Under the pieces are notes generated by a model. It did not search any database and was not told where the DNA came from. It saw only the letters and a program-made list of their open reading frames with translations. The position numbers and the translations under genes were made by a program. DNA of 53,806 nucleotides, filler included, from Sphacelaria rigidula (Eukaryota): the NCBI GenBank assembly GCA_964200075.2. It is 3 parts of 3 records of this genome, joined end to end, with 100 filler letters (N's around TTAATTAATTAA, not from the genome) between each part and the next. Parts side by side here need not be neighbours in the genome. Positions count along the whole stretch, not along the records: positions 17,975 to 35,840 come from CAXNAA020000974.1; 2 more parts are not named here. One strand, 5' to 3'. This document shows, piece by piece, positions 23,778 through 35,940 of the stretch; position 1 is the first letter of the stretch; the number at the start of each line of letters is the position of its first letter.

Positions 23778-24130
23778 TGACGGCGAGCACGGGTCACTTG
23801 ATGAACACGTAGGCATTAGTTTCACTCGAAAAGTTATAGCGTCACCAGATGACCTACCCCCGCGAGGTCAAAGGTTATATCTTCAGGCTTGCCCGGCGCG
23901 TACTGGTTGGGGAGTGTATGCGGCAAGTATCGTGAGAAAATCGATACTGAGGTTATCACCCGGGGGATGGCATGCCCCATCAAGTGCGAACGCGAGGTGG
24001 GTACCCATCGCACTTGTTGATTGATCCATCCAATGTCGCACCTAAACCCTTAGGCCGCGATGCGAGTAGTGCATCTGGACCACACATACTTTTTGTCGAG
24101 TAAAATTGATGCCGACGCAACAGATAACTT
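23778..24130. mobile_element. Long-TIR foldback element; one arm also at ~9760-9865
   Basis: GGCATTAGTTTCACTCGAAAAG..CCAGATGACCTAC (23812-23860) is inverted relative to 24045-24115; the same arm appears at 9790-9862. Confidence 0.55.
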
Positions 24131-26004
24131 ACTCATGAGGTTTAAAGGTTAACTACCCCTGCCGGCCGTGGTCAAATACATACTCGAAAAAACAAAACAA
24201 GATGGATAGACAACAAGTATCGTTGAAGAAAAGTGGAGACGACAAAGAAGCCTAATATACAGAGTAAGCGAAAAAAAAAGGGGGGGGGGGGGGGGGGGGG
24301 GGCATGTAATACCAAGAGATACGGGGAGTGTAGTTACAGCCCCGCGAGTTNNNNNNNNNNATGTGCATGCGAAAAAAACATCGAACAAAAAAAGACTAAA
24401 ATAAACATAAAAAAAAAAAAAAAGGGGGGGGGGGGGGGGAGGGGGGTATGCTAAATCCACCGTATACGGGGATTTTAGTTACATCCCCCGCGTTTTCGGA
24501 ATACCTCCTGATCTTCGTCCCATGAGCCTCATATGGACAAAGCAACTCCCAGAATACACTCACGCAGTCCCTAGCCATCGTCCAAGTCAACGTACGATGC
24601 AAACGGCTCCGCTGCGGACGATAAACGTACTCTGGCTATCACGCATCATCCGCACGTATCCGCAAATATTTGAAAAGCAAATCACGTGTGAATGACGACA
24701 GCAGCCGCAGTATCTCGCAGGAATGCGACTGTATCGTACAAGGTTACGACTTAGGTTAGGGGCTTGGTACAGGCTGCGGGAGCACTCAACGCATGTGCCT
24801 GAGTGATGATACAGTGGGGATGCACGAGTATTTTTCGAGATTGGGACTGTTAGGAGTCCCTTATCCAACCCACAACATGACTTATGAAATATATTAGAGT
24901 AAACCAGGATTACCATTCCAATGTGCGAGGGATAACCCGAATGAATTTGCGAACGGGGATGCCCTGATCCATATTCTTGTGCATCTGGAATCGTCAGGAG
25001 CCCCTGGACCAGACACGATTTTGCGCAAAAAGTGTACCCCTACCGTAGCTTTTGCACACCTGTTTTTTTTTTCATGGCGGCGGCAGCGTTGCAAACAATG
25101 AGGAGAGTACAACATCAACGCAACAAGCAGGTAGCCGATCGTACACGCGTGCTACCTACATTATTATTTTCACGACGTACGCCGTTCATAGGCATCGCAG
25201 CTTAACAGTGTGAGCACAATCTTCGCCGGATTCCAGATGCACTCGTTACCGCTATCAACACTGCTTATTTTTAGGAGATGTCATATTTTTTCGGACTTTT
25301 TCGGACTTTTCGGAGTCTGCGTCGACACTTCTTCGAAGACGAGACGTCCTGGTTGTTTTTCTCCGAAGGTTCATTCTTGGGGAGGCCCGAAAAATTCGAA
25401 CTGTAAGGAAGAACTTCGAAGAGCTGATCTACGTGTATGCGTCATGGTGCTCCCAAGAATTTGCGAGTCATCAGGTACCTTACCAGTGCCGAAACATTCA
25501 GAGGTCTGCGAAAAAAACAGTTGATTTCGATGCACACGCGGCCATTCGGCTACCCCCCAATAATACTCCGTTCCGGTCAACTTTTCGAGCCTCCAGAGGA
25601 ATTAAACGCCTCCAGAGGCAAAAGAAGCCTCTGGAGGGCCGCGCATCCTCCGGAGGAATTTGGAGGATGCGCCATCCTCCAGAGAGCACCATATTTTTCG
25701 TTACTCTCGAGGGATGCAGACCTCAGAAGTCACCGGAGCATCAGATGCCCTCCAGAGGATTCGTTCATGACCGTGCACCTGGGGATGAAAATGGCGATAT
25801 TATACAGGATTATTTATGGGGGTAGCCATTTGGCCGCGTGTGTGGACCTAACCCAATTCGCGATGTACCTTATAAAGATCACAAACCTGGTCATGCCCTA
25901 GGACTGGTGTTACCAACCTGATACCCACTTTATGTGTACAGAGCCCACTGCCTGTGTAACCTGGGGACGTTGGGGAAAAAGTGTGGATAATACCGTAGTA
26001 CAGC

Positions 26005-26348
26005 GGCCGCCACCTATGAAAAGATAATTATTTTCGGAAATGAGGTTGAACACCAAAACGAGGTTCAACTCAAAAACATCAGCAGTGCTTTCCCTAACCT
26101 GAAGTAATTACAAATGATTTAATGATTTTCATATGGACGACCTCATGCCCCCCAACCTCCCTGACACCGGTTTTGGCACTTTGCCGCCTTCCGTTCCCCC
26201 AACGGGTACGTGCGAAAACATCCAAGGGGTTGGGGGACATGAGGGTCGCCATATGAAAGTCATTTGTCACGGCTTTGGGCCAGGGAATGCACTGTTGTTT
26301 TAGAGTTGAACCTCATGTTCGAGGAGCCTCTTTTCATATGAGGTGGCT
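26005..26348. mobile_element. Near-palindromic MITE (~340 bp)
   Basis: Nested inverted pairs GCCACC..ATGAAAAG, GAGGTTCAACTC, and TTTCATATGG..CTCATG.CCCCCAACC / GGTTGGGGGACATGAGGGTCGCCATATGAAA. Confidence 0.65.
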
Positions 26349-26519
26349 CAACCGGACCACTATTTCTCCTTGGGAACAGCGGTGTCGTCGACACACAAGA
26401 CTGCGTGGCGATTCGCCACCTCTGGAGGAAGTGCGAGGAAGAACAACATCGCCCTTTCGGTGACATCTTTCCTGGTGAATTCACAAAACCATCTCTCCCT
26501 GTTTCGGTGCCAGTTTTGT

Positions 26520-26955
26520 GAATACTTGGACTAGTTTTTTTTTGTGTGGGGATGAATATCGATTTTGTGGAGACTCCAATCTGTGCAAAATCGAGGGGAT
26601 TGATATCTGCACGGTTAGCACGAATCATCACGACTACGAATCACCAAATCCACGATTTCTCCGGCCTGATTGCCCAAAAGGGAGNNNNNNNNNNGACCGC
26701 TGGTCTAAGGGGTATCCACGCAACTTTTGCGCCATTCCGCGTGTCTGGGCTGCGTGTACCTGGGTTGCCACGCTGAAGACAAGGCCTAGGGATTGATTCG
26801 TACGAGTCGAATCAATTAAACTAAAACCAAGTAATTTTCAGACGAATTATTATTTGTCCGACCCTTGAATACTTGGACTAGTTTTTTTATGGGGACGAAT
26901 ATAGATTTCGTGGAGACTTCAATCGGTGCAAAATCGAGGGGACTGATATTTGCGA
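26520..26955 (+). repeat. ~90-bp direct repeat pair (26520-26610, 26867-26955)
   Basis: GAATACTTGGACTAGTTTTTTT...GTGCAAAATCGAGGGGA present twice, either side of a small N gap. Confidence 0.75.
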
Positions 26956-27219
26956 AAGTTAGATCCATGGGGATCGCTTTATAGTCTCACAGATTTGTAG
27001 AGTAGTTTTGTACACGGACGGTCATTTTCTGCATGGGTTCGGTATCGCGTACTAGTGAACCCGAAGAGCAGGCAGGCGGTGAACAATATCCTTCGAGTGC
27101 AGTGTCGTACCGTACCGTGGTACCTTAGGGTGATACAGTGCAGGACTCTCATCATCACAGCACAAGATAATGCCGTGTGGTAATACATGACGGCACAGTC
27201 GGTATTAATTGCGGGAACG

Positions 27220-27520
27220 AACAGTGTTTTTGTGAGGTTGAGAGTAGACGATACGATTGAGAGTGAAAAGCGGTCAATTAAGTGAATGAGTGGTTTCAGT
27301 TCCAAAATGCCCCTCCTAAAGGCCCTATATGCATTCTGTAGTAGCTTGCCACTGAGGTCCTTGATATCCCTGAGCAGGATATCGACGTGTAGCTGCAAGC
27401 ACACGCCAGTGATGGAGGCAAAGAAAAGCACCCACTTGATGAAAAATTGGCTAAGTTATGGCGAATTATCGAAGCCCCTCTCAATCAGCGCTCTACTCTC
27501 AATCTCACGAAGATGTTGTT
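27220..27520 (+). mobile_element. 300-bp MITE, copy 1
   Basis: Co-linear with 29369-29668; degenerate TIRs AACAGTGTTTTTGTGAGGTTGAGAGTAGA / TCTACTCTCAATCTCACGAAGATGTTGTT. Confidence 0.8.
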
Positions 27521-29368
27521 AGCAGTGAATAGTGTGCGAGAAGAGTTCAGTTGTGCAGCGCCATACATCACCCTGCAAGTACAGTACAACGACAACAGAG
27601 TAGGATAGTACAGTGCGGCTCGTTGTGGTGACACATACGGCACGGCAACGCAGTGCGCCATGAATTATTACCATCGCCGCAGGTGTACGGCGTCAACATT
27701 TCTTACTACCCGCTTGTCAAATCCTGTGCGAAGCTACTCCAGCAGCTGGCGCGGGCAGGCACACCCCGCGCTGTCACGAGCCTGTCTGCTGCTGCGATTG
27801 CAAAAATATCGAACGCCTCTTTCCCTACCACCGTACGTCAATGCGTACGTACGTCACGTTCGTCAAAAACGGGGGGAACTCGACTGTCCCCCGATTTTTG
27901 CGAAAAATCGAGAACCATCGTTCTCGGATCGTGACATCCCGATTTCAGCTTCCTAGGTTTGGCCTAGATTGGGCTCCGTAAAATGCGTTTCTCCGTTCGA
28001 GGTCCCCCGATCAGATCGAGATATTTGGTGACTGCCACAAGAACTAGTCTATCACGTACCCCGATCTGCGTACAGATCGAGATTCGTGGTGACAGCCACA
28101 AAAACTAGTCCATCACAGCGTGTGACAATTTTGCACGCCCTGGAGAAGAATAATAGAAAACATGATCACTACGCGTTCTTCGTAAATAATCGAATGCTTT
28201 GTGCACGGTAATAGACAACAGATTCAATACTGCACACAACACACTTTTTGACAATGTAATTGTTTTTCTTTGTCCAGGGCGTGCAATTTTTTTTAATCCT
28301 TCACAAAATTGTCACCGTTGTTGTGAATTGTTCCCTGCAGCGTGTACATAACGCTGCGTACCACCATCGTATTTTTATGTCCAAGGTATCAGAACGTCAC
28401 GCGTAGGTATGGTAATATCTCTTCTTGATTACTCGATCTTGACCTGTCCTTCGTATCCAAACTCTCACGCTCAATCAGTCAGTCTCACCGTGATGTTAGA
28501 CTTCCTTGCTTGGGATGAAATGTAGTGACTTGCCAAGGGCTTACCGTCCGCATTACTATCCCTGCTATATATAAGTTCACACTCGTATCTGACCAACGCA
28601 AAACCGACCTGCATTCTTAAAATCGCCTGGGATGAGATATGAAGCCGGACTCACCGACGGGTCTCAGGCGGCATGACAACAGGCTAGTACGCCCCCCATG
28701 ACACTAACCCACCCAGACGAACCTTTATTATAGCTGCGAAGATGCATCCTCCAAGCAGCGAAAACTAAGGTTTTTCTTTACTTGTCAAGTCATGAGCGAC
28801 TCATAAAACACACCTAAGGAAACACTCCCGTACCCTCTCCCACACCCCAAAATAAGGGAAGCATATACTGCTTTGACAGTCGCCGGAACGGTGACGCTTT
28901 TGTACATTGTTCATGAAAATATCACTGAAACGGTGACAATTTTGAGGATAAATTCACTAAAACTGTCACCGAAATGGTGATGATAATTTTGTCAAGAATT
29001 CTGGACAAAACATTACATTTGTCAAGAAGAAGGCATTGCGTATATTGCAAGTATTGAAACTGTTGTCTGTAAACAAACACAAGAACCTCGAAGTCAGCGG
29101 TGCGAGCAGAGGGAATGCTACGACATATCGACCGTCGCCCTCTCTCTCAGTTGCGCCCTTTTTTCCTGTACACTTTTCTTCATTATTCCACCCGCAATCC
29201 AGCACTCTTTCTCATCTTATTTCGTCCGTATGATTGATTGAACGATTTGATTGATTGATTTGATTGATTGTCGCACTTCAAGTGACCATCCATGGGTCCA
29301 GCCGTGGTCGCATGATAGACGTACCCAAGAGAAGCAAAGCTGAAACAGTCGTTCAAGAAAACGAAGGA

Positions 29369-29668
29369 AACAATGTTTTCGTGAGATTGAGAGTAGAGGA
29401 TACGATTGCGAGTGAAAAGCGGTCAATAAGTGAATGAATCGTTTCAGTTCCGACATGCCCCTCCACGAGGCCTAAAATGCTTCTTGTAGTACCTCGCCAC
29501 TGAGGCCCTTGATATCCCTGAGTAGGATATCGGCGTGTAGCTGTAAGCACACGCTTGTGATGAAGGCAAAGGAAAGTACAAACGTAATGAAAAAATGGCT
29601 GAGTGAAAGCGAATGATCGAAGCCTCTCTCAATCAGCGCTCTACTCTCAATCTCACGAAAACATTGTT
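29369..29668 (+). mobile_element. 300-bp MITE, copy 2
   Basis: Perfect 30-bp TIRs AACAATGTTTTCGTGAGATTGAGAGTAGAG. Confidence 0.85.
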
Positions 29669-29845
29669 AAGAGCAGAAGAAAACTCGACCAGGACGACAG
29701 AGTAGCCTAAGACGTGAAAAAAATCATTATTATAAAGGAAGAAAAAAATCAACATAAGCAAGGCACAGAAAGAGATGGCCGATCCGAAGAAAAACCAAAG
29801 GAACAGAAAAAAATGGAATCAGATCATTGAAAAAAGGGAAAAGCC

Positions 29846-30064
29846 TGTGACGAAAAAACGCCGTTACGTTGAGTCGGTAGTGATTATCTGGATAATGACC
29901 GGGGACACTAGGTTGATACCCTGGCGTGTCTAGATGGGTGCCTTGGGACGTCATTCCGTGAGAATAATACAGTTTGAAGGCTGGAAACTGAAACTGAGGC
30001 CAGTACGACTGGGGAGTCCCTCAACAGCAGTGATCCACCAGTCCTTCTTCTGGCTGGCGTCACA
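29846..30064 (+). repeat. Candidate 5' LTR (219 bp) of Ty3 element 2
   Basis: Inverted termini TGTGACG...CGTCACA just upstream of gag; no partner LTR for confirmation. Confidence 0.55.
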
Positions 30065-30224
30065 ATATCGATATTAGTGCTAGTGTTGGTGCTAGAAATA
30101 GCACCTAGCAAACCCTGCTGGAGAGGATTCCGGCGGAAGAGTCTGGGAGCTGTGGCAACCTGAAAGAGACACGCGTGCAGAGGGTTCCAGCTGAGGCAGC
30201 TGCGGAAAGGCGGCTGGCCTGTGA

Positions 30225-30869
30225 TTGATCCAGACTGGAGACTTGCTGGAGTTGCGTGCAGCGGGAGTTTGGAGGCTCCTACGACTGTGTGGTGCGGCGA
30301 CGAAGCAAGGAAGTGTGCAACTCGCGAAGGTCCGCTCGCCTGTGAAAAGTTCGCAGATAGCCGGTTCCAACTATGGCGACCGGTTCGCGAGGTACGTTCA
30401 GCGTGACGCCCGTGGTCATGCGGGAAGAGTTGCGACTTCCCCAATACGGGAATGGGTACTCAGAGAGTACATCTCGCACTTTTTATACCAAGTATTTTTG
30501 GAGTACAAGAAGCGTGTGGAGCACGCTAACGCAGGGGGTGCAGTGCGACACCAGATAGTGTCAATTGCTCAACAAGTACCGACGTATGTACAAGGAGTGT
30601 TTGCGCGTCTGGAACATAAAACGAGCACAATCACCCCGCCGCAATTGGCTGCGGCGATCAAAAAGCATGCTGGGCATGCGGCGGGTACTTGCCACTGTTG
30701 TGGCCAGGTCGGTCATTACGCGCGCGATTACCCAACGCCTCCCGGTGGAGAGTCTGGGCAGTCTCATGCCGCACGCCATCATCATCGTCAGCACAAGGGC
30801 AAAAGACGAGGTAATCGGAATGGTGGCGGCGGCGGATCCTCCGGCGATGGAGGGTCGCAGTCGAGTCTT

Positions 30870-30904
<35 letters not shown>

Positions 30905-31319
30905 GCGGCGTCAGCATAGGCCTGGTTCTGAATCCGGCGCCGCTGTAGGTGCTGCTGCTCCGCAACGGGCGGTGCCGGTGGGACCGACTTCTACAGTGTC
31001 GGACACTGCGCCGGCGCCGGTGGTGGCGCCGGCGGCGACACCGGCAGCAGCGCCAGGCGCGACGCGTGCTGACGCGCTGGTCGGAGGTTCGCCAATTTCT
31101 TGGTCTGCTGGCTGGGATTCATACCCGCCGGCGGTGCTGTTTGGACCTGCCGGGGCGTCTTCGTCTGCGCAGCGTGCGCAGCCGTGGCGTCAAGTGGGAT
31201 CGGCGGCGCATCGGTCGGCGAATAAAGTGCCAGTGGAGTCTGTGCACAAATACGTTCCTGCGGAGCTGTGTCTTCCAAATCAACGGGAGCGTGGACTCAT
31301 TGCGGTTCGGGGTAAGTGA
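30225..31319 (+). pseudogene. Gag-like ORF with degenerate zinc knuckle and polyQ
   Basis: CHCCGQVGHYARDY (CCHC with last C to Y) at 30690-30731; (CAG)11 at 30870-30902. Confidence 0.75.
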
Positions 31320-32530
31320 GATTCTGGCGCCCACTCGACGGGTCATGTGAGTCTGTCGATACAGATTGTAGAGATGTTGGAGGGTCTTCTCCGGGGTGTG
31401 CCGCTGCGCAAGTCGTTTTCGGTCGGGGCGCGGCAGGCCGTCACCGCGTCGGGTCAGCATGTTAATGTCACAGAGCGTACTGTTCCACAGCAGCTGACTC
31501 TCACGACTTCTTGGGGGTCGGCGCAGTTACCTCTGATCTCCTTTGCGATCATGCCGGGGTCGGATGACGCCATCCTTCCGGGGTCGCCGACGCTTCAGGA
31601 TCTTGGAGTTAACGCTCGGCGGCTGTGGGACTCAATAAAGACGCGGATGTCTCCACCTGGTCCACGCTTGGAGACGCCCGTCTTTTTGGGCAGTCATCGC
31701 GCAAGTTTGTCGGTGGATACTTTCCAGGAGCCCGGAGGGCAGGTGACCGAGGAGCGGGATGCGGCGGGGGAACGCTCGGTAGAGCGCGGCCCGGACATGT
31801 TTATGATTCCGGCAGAAGAGGAGTCCGCTCGGAAGGTCCCGCTGGAGGAGAGCGTGACGGATGCTGGGGCGACAGGCCTCAACGTCTCAAAAGCGGAGCG
31901 CCTGCGCAGCATATTGCATTGCCGCATCAACGCGTTTCGTCGTGCGCTGCGGGGTGATCCCCCTGTGCGCGTGGAGCCCATGTGTGTTCAGCTAAAACCT
32001 GGGGCGTCCGGGGCGAAGACGAAGCCGCGGCGGTACGATCCAGTAGAGTCGAGTTGGTTGGCGTTGTGCATGGCGGCTCTTTTGGCGCTCGGGGTGGTGA
32101 TACGGAGTTTGTAGGCGGGATGGTCCAGTCCAGATATGGCGTTTCCGAAGAAGGCTGCATCGTGGACGGAGGGCAGCCTGCAGGCGTGGGCGGCAGCGAA
32201 GGATTTAGTGGCTCATGCCGTGACGCTGTTCCATCCTCGTCCTGATTGTCAGGGCTTTCGTTTCCGGACGCATCTGAGTGCCGTTGGGGTAGTTTGGTCA
32301 TGCAGGTGCCCAAGGCTGAAATGCAAAGACACTAGCCGGTTGAGGATATGAGGCATGAACCGCTGGCTTTCTTTAGTGGTAATTTCAAGGGTTCGCAGTT
32401 GCGTTGGGCCACGATTGATATCGAAGGTTTTGCTATCGTGAGCACCTTTCGTCGTTTGGAGCATCATTTGTGGGATGGCGTGCACATTTTCACGGATCAC
32501 CGAAACCTCGTGTATATTTTCAACCAAGCG
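31320..32530 (+). pseudogene. Pol remnant: protease, RT N-terminus, RT thumb/connection, RNase H
   Basis: DSG at ~31320; FAIMPGSDDAILPGSPTL; PRRY..WSSPDMAFPKK joined directly to WTEGSLQAWAAAK..AVTLFHP; RNase H PDAS, EPLAFFSG..QLRWATIDIEGFAIV, IFTDHRNL. Confidence 0.85.
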
Positions 32531-32639
32531 CAACGAAAAGACCTTGGGGCAGAAGATGCGAATGTGCAATATTTCGAGTCGGACGTTGGTACTGCTATCT
32601 TGGACAATGAAGGTATATTTCGTGTGTATGCGCGCGGCC

Positions 32640-33700
32640 GAAAGGTTTTGTGGATTCCGAATTATGACAAGCAGTTGCAGGTACGTCTGACGATTTGCGC
32701 GCACATGCGCGACGCCGGGCATCGTGGTGTGGCGGCGACGCTCGTGCGCTTGCAAGAGTTTGTGTCTGGCAGGGGATCGAACCTCATGTGCGCGAATTTG
32801 TCCGCCAGTGTCTTCACTGCGCTGACTCGAGGGCGGGCGATATTGTTCCCCGCCCGCTCGGGGAAACGGTCCATGGGACCACGCCGAATGAAGTCATTCA
32901 TTTTGACTTCTTGTACGTGGGTGATAGTGGCCCGCTAGCTTCCCAAGCTTTGTCGGAGGATGCAGGGTTTTGATACATTTTGGTAATCATGGATGATTTG
33001 AGCATCTTCGTGGCTCTGAAACCAGTAGCAGTGTGTACTGCTGAATCGACCGCTGCGTCTTCGCTGAATTGGTGCAAAACTTTGGGGATGCCGCGTGTGT
33101 GGGTGAGTCATACCGCTACACATTTCAAGGATGCGATCTTGGCCCGATTGCGAGAGGCTTTGGGCGTCGATCACCAGTTTGCGGTGGTGTTTTTTCCGTG
33201 GCGCAACGGCACGTGCGAATGCATGGTCAAGGAAGTAGTTTGAGCTCTTCGCTCTATTCTTCTCGAGCAGCGTAGAGCGGTTTTCTGAGTGGGTGGGCGT
33301 GTTGCCTGCGGTGCATTGGGCGCTCATTACCTACAGTGTATCGCCGTCGTTACGATAGTATGCCGTACCGCGTGATGTTTGGTCGTGCTCCTCGAGCGTC
33401 TTTCTCGGTGCTGGCGTCTTCGTCGGCGGGGGAATGGCAATGTGATATTCTGGACGATGTTCAAAGTAAGAGTGCTTCGCAAGGGGTCTTGGACTTGCAA
33501 GAACGTTTCCACGTTCAAGGGCAGGAACGTGTTGCCGCTAAACGTGCGCGTAGATGTGAGGGGTTCTCCTCGGGACTGGAACTGCCAAATTTTGAGGTAG
33601 GCGACCATGTCTTGTATGCACGCGTGCGTCGTCCGGGTGTTGCGCCCAAGTTGATGGCGACGTGGACTGGTCCATGGAGAGTGGTTGGTGCTCACCACCG
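32640..33700 (+). pseudogene. Integrase remnant
   Basis: AHMRDAGHRG...VRQCLHC (HHCC); IHFDFLYV; VIMDDLS; WRNGTCE; KLMATWTGPWRV. Confidence 0.88.
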
Positions 33701-34038
33701 CACGTGTTTGAGATTCAGCCACCGACTAAGGACATCATCAACAACCTACACAACATGAAATTGTAACCGAGAATCATTTCTCACGAGACCTTGGCAAGGC
33801 AAGAACACAGCGACCCTCCAAGACGGGCGGGACCGGGGCGCTCCACTGTATTAGATTCTCACTTTTGCTCGTCGTTCATACCCGCAATTCTTGAGGAGTT
33901 ACATGTGTTTTTGTTTTATATGAACTATGAGCATTTCGAGAGAGGATCCATTCTCACAAGGGCTTGGCAAGGTAAGAATACCGAGACCCTCAAAAAAGGC
34001 GGACGGGACCGGGGCACAGCCCCGGGTCCCGTGCGGCT

Positions 34039-34042
<4 letters not shown>

Positions 34043-34072
<30 letters not shown>
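34043..34072. repeat. (TA)n microsatellite
   Basis: About 13 TA units. Confidence 0.9.
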
Positions 34073-34074
<2 letters not shown>

Positions 34075-34112
34075 AGAGTGATAGTTTACCAAGCATTCAC
34101 CGTCAGGTAACA

Positions 34113-34313
34113 TTCAATGGGTGAACTGTTCGCTTCCTGAACAAAAGATATGCAGTTCGAGTCCCGGCATAATCGATTGTGGAAGGAATGAGTTTGACAT
34201 GTGAACAGTGAGGCTTGCAGGGGGCAAGGGGCCCCGGGAATCACTGATGTGTGATGCCGGGACGGACCAAGCATATGATCTTTTATTCGGGAAGCGAACA
34301 GTTTCACCTATGA
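34113..34313. mobile_element. ~200-bp MITE with ~40-bp TIRs, plus an extra left-end copy at ~34333-34365
   Basis: GGTGAACTGTTCGCTTCCTGAACAAAAGAT vs ATCTTTTATTCGGGAAGCGAACAGTTTCACC. Confidence 0.6.
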
Positions 34314-34589
34314 AATCAGTGAGTGCTCACTTGTTCAATGGGTAGTCTGATCGCTTCCTGAACACGCGGTTTCAAGGGATCATCCCATCTCTCCCCCGGT
34401 ACACGCCTTGCATTTTGGTCTCGCGGACTGGGCCAGCACTTCCGCACCTCGTCAACTCATGTCAAACAAACCCAGTCTACTAGTTTGTTTACTCACTTTC
34501 TCATAGATGAATGGCGTCGGTCACTATAGAGTAATAGCTATGCATGCACGTTTTTCGGTGAATGTTTCCGCCTTCTTCCACAGAAGCTA

Positions 34590-34900
34590 CGACCGGCTCA
34601 TCAAAACCTACCGTTGACGTCACTCGCTATTGATAGGTGCTCCCGAGAACAATCGACTGTTGACGGCAATGACATTCTTGCCAGATACCCAACGAAGCAT
34701 TGTTGGTGACAGATGCTGCCCATAGACGGCTCACCAAATCTATTCATCACGGCAATTGGTATTCATGAATGGCCCACCTAATGCATTGATCACGGGAATA
34801 ACTATCGATGGACGGCTCACGAAATCTGTTGATAACGCCAATGACTATCGGTGGATGGCTCACCAAACCTGTTGATTACGCCGATGGCTACCGATAACTA
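34590..34900. repeat. 43-bp tandem repeat array
   Basis: GA(C/T)GGCTCAC-type unit starts at 34725, 34768, 34811 and 34854 (exact 43-nt period), with more degenerate units upstream. Confidence 0.8.
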
Positions 34901-34914
34901 CATCCCAGAATCCA

Positions 34915-35275
34915 TCACGGTACACGATTTCCATCGGTTTCAAAAATACTTGATTGAGCGGGTACGGTAGGTATTGAAATTTCGAAATACCGTGGTACCG
35001 TAGGTACCGTAGGTACCGTAGGTATGAGTTTCGGAGAAAAGTGACTGAGCGGATACGATAGGTACTGGTATCTCGAAATACCGTGGTATCGTAGGTATCG
35101 TAAAAATGGCATTCAAAAATACCCTGTTGGGCAGGTATACGGTAGGCACTAGTATCTCGAAATACCGCGGTATCTTAGGTATCGTAGGTATGACATTTGA
35201 GAAAATCCGATTTGATCGGTATCGGTAGGGTATGAGATGTCGCGAATACCAGTACCAACCGGGTACCTATCTTAC
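34915..35275. repeat. GGTA(C/T)CGTA-rich subterminal repeat array (DNA transposon end)
   Basis: TCGAAATACCG(T/C)GGTA(C/T)CGTAGGTA recurs at ~34982, ~35073 and ~35157. Confidence 0.6.
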
Positions 35276-35840
35276 CCTCTACACAGGTTTCAAAACGATC
35301 ATCCGGCAGTGCGGAGAAGCGTTTCACGACGTGTCTGGGCAGTGTTTTCTTCGGTCGAAAAATGGGGCGGTGGAATTGATTTGAGCGAAAATCGCTCATT
35401 CTGCTCGAGTTGGGTCCAAGCGAATTTCAAGCTTTCGATCGGAAAAAAAACAGCGAAATTCGTGAAGCGGTACATGTTCACTTGTGTGCAGTACAGTAGT
35501 CTGTACTATCTGCACTGCTTGCAAGCAGTGTCTTGTGTGTGTGTGTGTGTGTGCGTGTTTCGTACAGGAGGATTTCAAAGAGAGGCGGGGAACGTGCAGT
35601 ACAGACGGCCCGGAACTATCAGTTCCCTGTGCTTACAAAGCCACGTGAAAAGGACTTCAACAACGTGCAGCTTTAAGCTGCCTGCACTCTTCATGAGCAT
35701 GTACGTAACTCGGTTGCCGACTGTATCATGAAAGAAGATGCACAAGTTCCCCCCCCTCCAAAAAAAAGGCACAAGCAGGATTTAGACCAAACCGTAGTTG
35801 CGTAGATCATGTGTACACACTAAGTAAGATTATTCAGGGT

Positions 35841-35940
35841 NNNNNNNNNNNNNNNNNNNNNNNNNNNNNNNNNNNNNNNNNNNNTTAATTAATTAANNNN
35901 NNNNNNNNNNNNNNNNNNNNNNNNNNNNNNNNNNNNNNNN
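35841..35940. other. Artificial contig linker N44-TTAATTAATTAA-N44
   Basis: Identical to the 17875-17974 spacer. Confidence 0.98.

Larger units (their letters stand above)
29846..33715 (+). mobile_element. Ty3/Gypsy LTR retrotransposon 2 (degenerate, RT core deleted, no 3' LTR)
   Basis: LTR - gag (CCHC) - PR - RT ends only - RNase H - integrase order on the plus strand; many stops and frameshifts. Confidence 0.9.

Noticed and set aside
24255..24450. Duplicated A-run/G-run around an N gap as a regulatory or G-quadruplex element
   Set aside because: Homopolymers flanking a gap; most likely local assembly redundancy.
34590..34900. CRISPR-like 43-bp periodicity
   Set aside because: The whole unit repeats; no spacers; eukaryotic TE context.
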